A DNA stretch of 20,000 bases from an uncultured virus (IMG/VR IMGVR_UViG_3300021087_000002) (taxonomy: Duplodnaviria; Heunggongvirae; Uroviricota; Caudoviricetes): the IMG/VR virus record IMGVR_UViG_3300021087_000002. The stretch is one strand, 5' to 3'. The notes beneath the pieces are model-generated. The model saw only the letters and a list, made by a program, of their open reading frames with translations. It made no database searches and was not told the DNA's origin. Below, piece by piece: positions 17,079 to 20,000 of the stretch; the stretch's first letter is position 1; each line of letters starts with the position of its first letter. Made by a program: the position numbers and the translations under genes.

Positions 17079-17670
17079 TACAAGCGCATGTCCTGATAGT
17101 CTTAATCATAGGGGTCTGATGGTACTCAATGAGTGTGTAGACCTAGGTGTTATAGATTGTTTATGTAACTATAACCTTCCTGTTGTGAATGTAAATGGTA
17201 TGGACAGTGATGTACCACCCGAAGTCAAACGTCTCTTAGATCATATGTTTAAGTTTGATAAATTTATTTTTGCCATACCTGAGTTCACTGGAATGATGAG
17301 TGCATCGACTAAGAACCTTCTTGATTGGTTTGTTGTTGCAACGAATATGAACCTTGATCATGGTAAAGGCTATCCATGGTCTGATAAGCATGTGATGCTG
17401 TTTACCTTTACTCCCAGTGGATCTGAGGGTGGGAAGAGGCATATGGACGGTACTAAGGCTATCTTTAAGAAGCTTGGGGCTAATGTAATACATACCGAGG
17501 TGTTTAACTATGGGTGGGAGACGGTTATCCCAGGTAATACTGAGCCGTTTAAAGAAGCCGCCGATAGGATAAATAATTTTCTAAGCTATAAACCTAACAG
17601 TAAGAATAGTTTTAAAAACAAATACGAAGAATGGAACAGACAATGGCTAAAGACAGAGGTGGATTACTGA
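17059..17670 (+). CDS. NAD(P)H-dependent FMN reductase (flavodoxin-like)
   Basis: S...DSLN N-terminal loop, FAIPEFTGMMSASTKNLLDW, WSDK and GG motifs. Confidence 0.85.
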   Translation: MSLLSLSTSACPDSLNHRGLMVLNECVDLGVIDCLCNYNLPVVNVNGMDSDVPPEVKRLLDHMFKFDKFIFAIPEFTGMMSASTKNLLDWFVVATNMNLDHGKGYPWSDKHVMLFTFTPSGSEGGKRHMDGTKAIFKKLGANVIHTEVFNYGWETVIPGNTEPFKEAADRINNFLSYKPNSKNSFKNKYEEWNRQWLKTEVDY

Positions 17671-18398
17671 TAGATGCTGGTGATTTCGATGACGAGATCG
17701 ATGGCCTTTGTGAGTACATTAACATACCAAGCTACAGAGATCTCCTATTGTCTATGTGGGAACAGATCGTTGACAAGGAGACAAACCTAGGTAAGGGAGA
17801 AGCACGTGCATTGGTTGGTTGTCATAGTCATGATTATCACAATGTATTTGGTAAGACACGATGGCAATCCTATGTCCTTGGAGATCTAGCAGATCAAGAC
17901 AATGGTAATGCCGCTATCTTTGAACCCTTTATGAAGATCATGAGAAAGGTACATCCCCACTTTCAAATGAGATCCACAGGCTTTAACTTCTCTGATGATG
18001 TAAACAAAGAGCTATATGTCCATACAGATCTAGATCCTAAGCTAGAACACCCCAATTATTTTAATTTTATTCTACCTGTTGCTGGCAGATCTCGTATAGA
18101 TTACTATGAAACCAGACCAGAAGAGATTTGGTTGCCTGAGAGGAACAGTCGTGACGAGTATTACTATCACGAATTTCGTCCTAAGCTCAAGTATGACCTA
18201 GAGTTTAATAAAGAACGACAGATGGGACACATACATGTGAACGAAGAGAGTGGGTGTGTGATGCTAGATACTGATGTTCTACACGGTGTACAGGTACAGG
18301 AAGCACCAAGACTGGCATTCTGTGTACGATTTAATAATATCCCTGCCCATATAGACTTTCATGCGTTTAAGAAGCATGCCGAGAAGGTTCTTAATTGA
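17643..18398 (+). CDS. Cupin-type 2OG-Fe(II) oxygenase-like protein
   Basis: VHTD, FNFILPV, LDTDVLHGV, PRLAFCVRF. Confidence 0.75.
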   Translation: MAKDRGGLLIDAGDFDDEIDGLCEYINIPSYRDLLLSMWEQIVDKETNLGKGEARALVGCHSHDYHNVFGKTRWQSYVLGDLADQDNGNAAIFEPFMKIMRKVHPHFQMRSTGFNFSDDVNKELYVHTDLDPKLEHPNYFNFILPVAGRSRIDYYETRPEEIWLPERNSRDEYYYHEFRPKLKYDLEFNKERQMGHIHVNEESGCVMLDTDVLHGVQVQEAPRLAFCVRFNNIPAHIDFHAFKKHAEKVLN

Positions 18399-18949
18399 AA
18401 ATAGTATCATACATACGCAATGGCATAAGAACACACGAAGATGATGATCTGTGCCACAGTGCATTCCTACAGATGGAAGCAGAACGAGACGGAGATCGTC
18501 TAAGCGATAATTATTCGTTTTCAAAACTAAACCTAGACCGTATGGTAATGTTTAACTTCGTCTTTGACGGAGATCAGCCTGTTCTATGCAGTGGGTGTGA
18601 GAACATATACCCAGGTGTTGTGAGGGTTATGTCTCGTTATTATCACTTTAAGAGCTATAGAACTGATGGCACGTCCCTATTAGAAAAGGTTGATGACTTC
18701 AAAGAGCTACAGTATTGTGTTAATGAGTTGGATGTGCCTCTAATCATATGGACTAGGGAGTTCAGTAAAGGGTTCTTTACACGTCTTAAGAAGGGTAGAC
18801 CAGATGTCTTTGGTGATTGGGAAGTATATCCCGACACACTATTGATCGGGCATCCCCCACGTAAGAAGAAAGATAATTACCAATATGTATTCCATCGTGG
18901 AGACATCACCCATCTACGCAACCCACAATATGAATTCGATTTTCTCTAG
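18395..18949 (+). CDS. Hypothetical protein, possibly GNAT-fold acyltransferase
   Basis: Beta-hairpin FVFDGDQPVLCSG followed by VRVMSRYYHFKSYR, resembling GNAT motif A. TTGA overlap. Confidence 0.5.
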   Translation: MKIVSYIRNGIRTHEDDDLCHSAFLQMEAERDGDRLSDNYSFSKLNLDRMVMFNFVFDGDQPVLCSGCENIYPGVVRVMSRYYHFKSYRTDGTSLLEKVDDFKELQYCVNELDVPLIIWTREFSKGFFTRLKKGRPDVFGDWEVYPDTLLIGHPPRKKKDNYQYVFHRGDITHLRNPQYEFDFL

Positions 18950-19346
18950 AGGCATTCACAAAGGTGTGCTTCTTGGTAGTATCTACTAGGTAATAAGATC
19001 CATCAGCAGGGTATCTGCTTAATTCATCTTCTATAATAAAAAAATTATCTTCATTTGTTATGAGAGGTATATGCATACGTTTGGTAGGATCCCAATGATA
19101 TGTGTAACACGTCTTGGGTTGCATCTTCATTAGTCTGCTTCTAAACATCCCAAGTTCTTTTAATACCGAATTAGTGTAGGGAATGTCATAGGCAAACTCA
19201 ATAAAGTCTTTCTCAGATGTCGTTAGGTTCTTTAACCTACCTTCACCACCGTTACCTTCTTTTGTTACTTGTAGGGATAGCTGTTCTTTATAATCTGGCA
19301 AACCCTCTATCTCAAGCAGTATCATATCAATGTTTATGGGGTACAA
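18906..19346 (-). CDS. 2OG-Fe(II) oxygenase (Asp/Asn beta-hydroxylase-like cupin)
   Basis: RSRLMKM, HWD, RMHIPLITN, HTFVN, RIHIV. Confidence 0.85.
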   Translation of the reverse strand: MYPINIDMILLEIEGLPDYKEQLSLQVTKEGNGGEGRLKNLTTSEKDFIEFAYDIPYTNSVLKELGMFRSRLMKMQPKTCYTYHWDPTKRMHIPLITNEDNFFIIEDELSRYPADGSYYLVDTTKKHTFVNASRENRIHIVGCVDG

Positions 19347-19767
19347 CAGTCATATCCTTTATTCTGTGAGGTTGATCTAGTATCCAGTCAATGATATATA
19401 CACAGTAATCAATATCTAACTTGTTGGCAACAATATGGGCAACACGTGGAGAATCGAAGTAACCAAATCTAACAATGGTTGTATCTACACCCTGATAGAA
19501 TAGCTGATCATTTGCCTTATCTAGTGCACCCTTTTCTATGGCATACTTATGAGGAACCTTCTTCTGTTCGTCTGGTGAGTTAGAACCAATGTTAATGATT
19601 CTCTTACCCTTCTCAGCCGCTTCATAAAGAAGATCTACTTGGTTATCATGCTTACAGTTAATGAATATTTCACAATCACTCATAGACACGTTATTGTATT
19701 CTTCGGCTAATGCTAACCCAAGTCCTCTACGTGCTCCTGTTATGTGTATCTTATTAAACCATATCAT
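19327..19767 (-). CDS. Minimal short-chain dehydrogenase/reductase
   Basis: ITGARRGLG, FINC, INIGS, catalytic YAIEK. Start placed at ATG 19767 because the TTG in the ORF track is a -35 box. Confidence 0.8.
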   Translation of the reverse strand: MIWFNKIHITGARRGLGLALAEEYNNVSMSDCEIFINCKHDNQVDLLYEAAEKGKRIINIGSNSPDEQKKVPHKYAIEKGALDKANDQLFYQGVDTTIVRFGYFDSPRVAHIVANKLDIDYCVYIIDWILDQPHRIKDMTVVPHKH

Positions 19768-19772
19768 AGAGT

Positions 19773-19780
19773 TATTTATC
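19773..19780 (-). promoter_or_regulatory. Possible late promoter variant (GATAAATA)
   Basis: NATAAATA on the minus strand, 5 nt upstream of the SDR ATG. Confidence 0.45.
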
Positions 19781-19813
19781 AAAGTATTCCCCTGTTTTCC
19801 GAATTGGTCCTTT

Positions 19814-19842
19814 ATTATATCATGATTCTTTGATTCTGTCAA
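19814..19842 (-). promoter_or_regulatory. Perfect-consensus sigma70 promoter with two GAATC sites in the spacer
   Basis: Minus strand reads TTGACA-GAATCAAAGAATCATGA-TATAAT (17-bp spacer, extended -10 TG). Confidence 0.85.
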
Positions 19843-19867
19843 GTCTTAATTTAATTGAAATTAGTGC

Positions 19868-19927
19868 TTGACACCTTCGAATCAATCTGCTATAAAATAA
19901 GTATACCAACGAGAAAGAGAGAATCAC
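19868..19927 (+). promoter_or_regulatory. Repeated early promoter and leader cassette (copy 3)
   Basis: TTGACA-N17 (CGAATCA, TG)-TATAAA, then TAAGTATA...GAGAAAGaGAGAATCAC-ATG. Confidence 0.85.
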
Positions 19928-20000
19928 ATGATTAACATTTATCAAATTCAATTGACTGACGAGCAAATCGATGCTGTTAATGCCAATGAGCGTGTGCCTG
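19928..20000 (+). CDS. 5' end of an early gene (partial; MINIYQIQLTDEQIDAVNANERVP...)
   Basis: Starts at the cassette ATG and is open to the window end. Confidence 0.7.
   Translation, partial: MINIYQIQLTDEQIDAVNANERVP

Noticed and set aside
1265..18837. Numerous short antisense or nested ORFs in the track (e.g. 9824-10288, 4624-4869, 11496-11765, 12809-13003, 15980-16186)
   Set aside because: They lie within or almost within well-supported genes and have no motifs or RBS. They are shadow frames
18906..18949. 44-nt convergent gene overlap as a regulatory device
   Set aside because: Short tail-to-tail overlaps are common in compact phage genomes, and there is no additional signal
19846..19864. 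CtrA box (TTAA-N7-TTAA)
   Set aside because: The TTAA half-sites are not at the 7-bp spacing
1..20000. CRISPR array, transposase, intron or stop-codon reassignment
   Set aside because: No regularly spaced repeats or interrupted genes seen. TAA, TAG and TGA all end genes at sensible boundaries

Overview
This is a 20-kb segment of a large, AT-rich T4-like (Tevenvirinae-type) phage genome, probably aquatic, with an alphaproteobacterial host suggested by its promoter motifs. Genes are short and tightly coupled, mostly on the + strand, in the standard genetic code, with both sigma70-type and T4 late (TATAAATA) promoters. In order: (1) a glycosylation operon of one methyltransferase and five glycosyltransferase-like genes (1-3858); (2) a stand-alone NAD-ligase Ia-like protein and a glycine-zipper membrane protein; (3) a DNA-modification locus (Mom-like GNAT, NPPY amino-methyltransferase, ABC-ATPase/GNAT fusion) flanking tRNA-Arg(TCT) and an unannotated structured CCA-ending RNA; (4) small early genes behind repeated promoter cassettes that carry GANTC sites matching the GcrA/CcrM motif; (5) two late genes with head-targeting-like N-termini; (6) a gp30.2-like HAD hydrolase; (7) a roughly 7-kb, 11-gene tailoring-enzyme cluster (desaturase, three cupin 2OG-Fe(II) oxygenases, two TauD-like enzymes with an atypical HxN motif, PLP aminotransferase, SAM methyltransferase, flavin reductase, GNAT-like protein, minimal SDR). 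All product calls come from motif recognition by eye, with no database searches.
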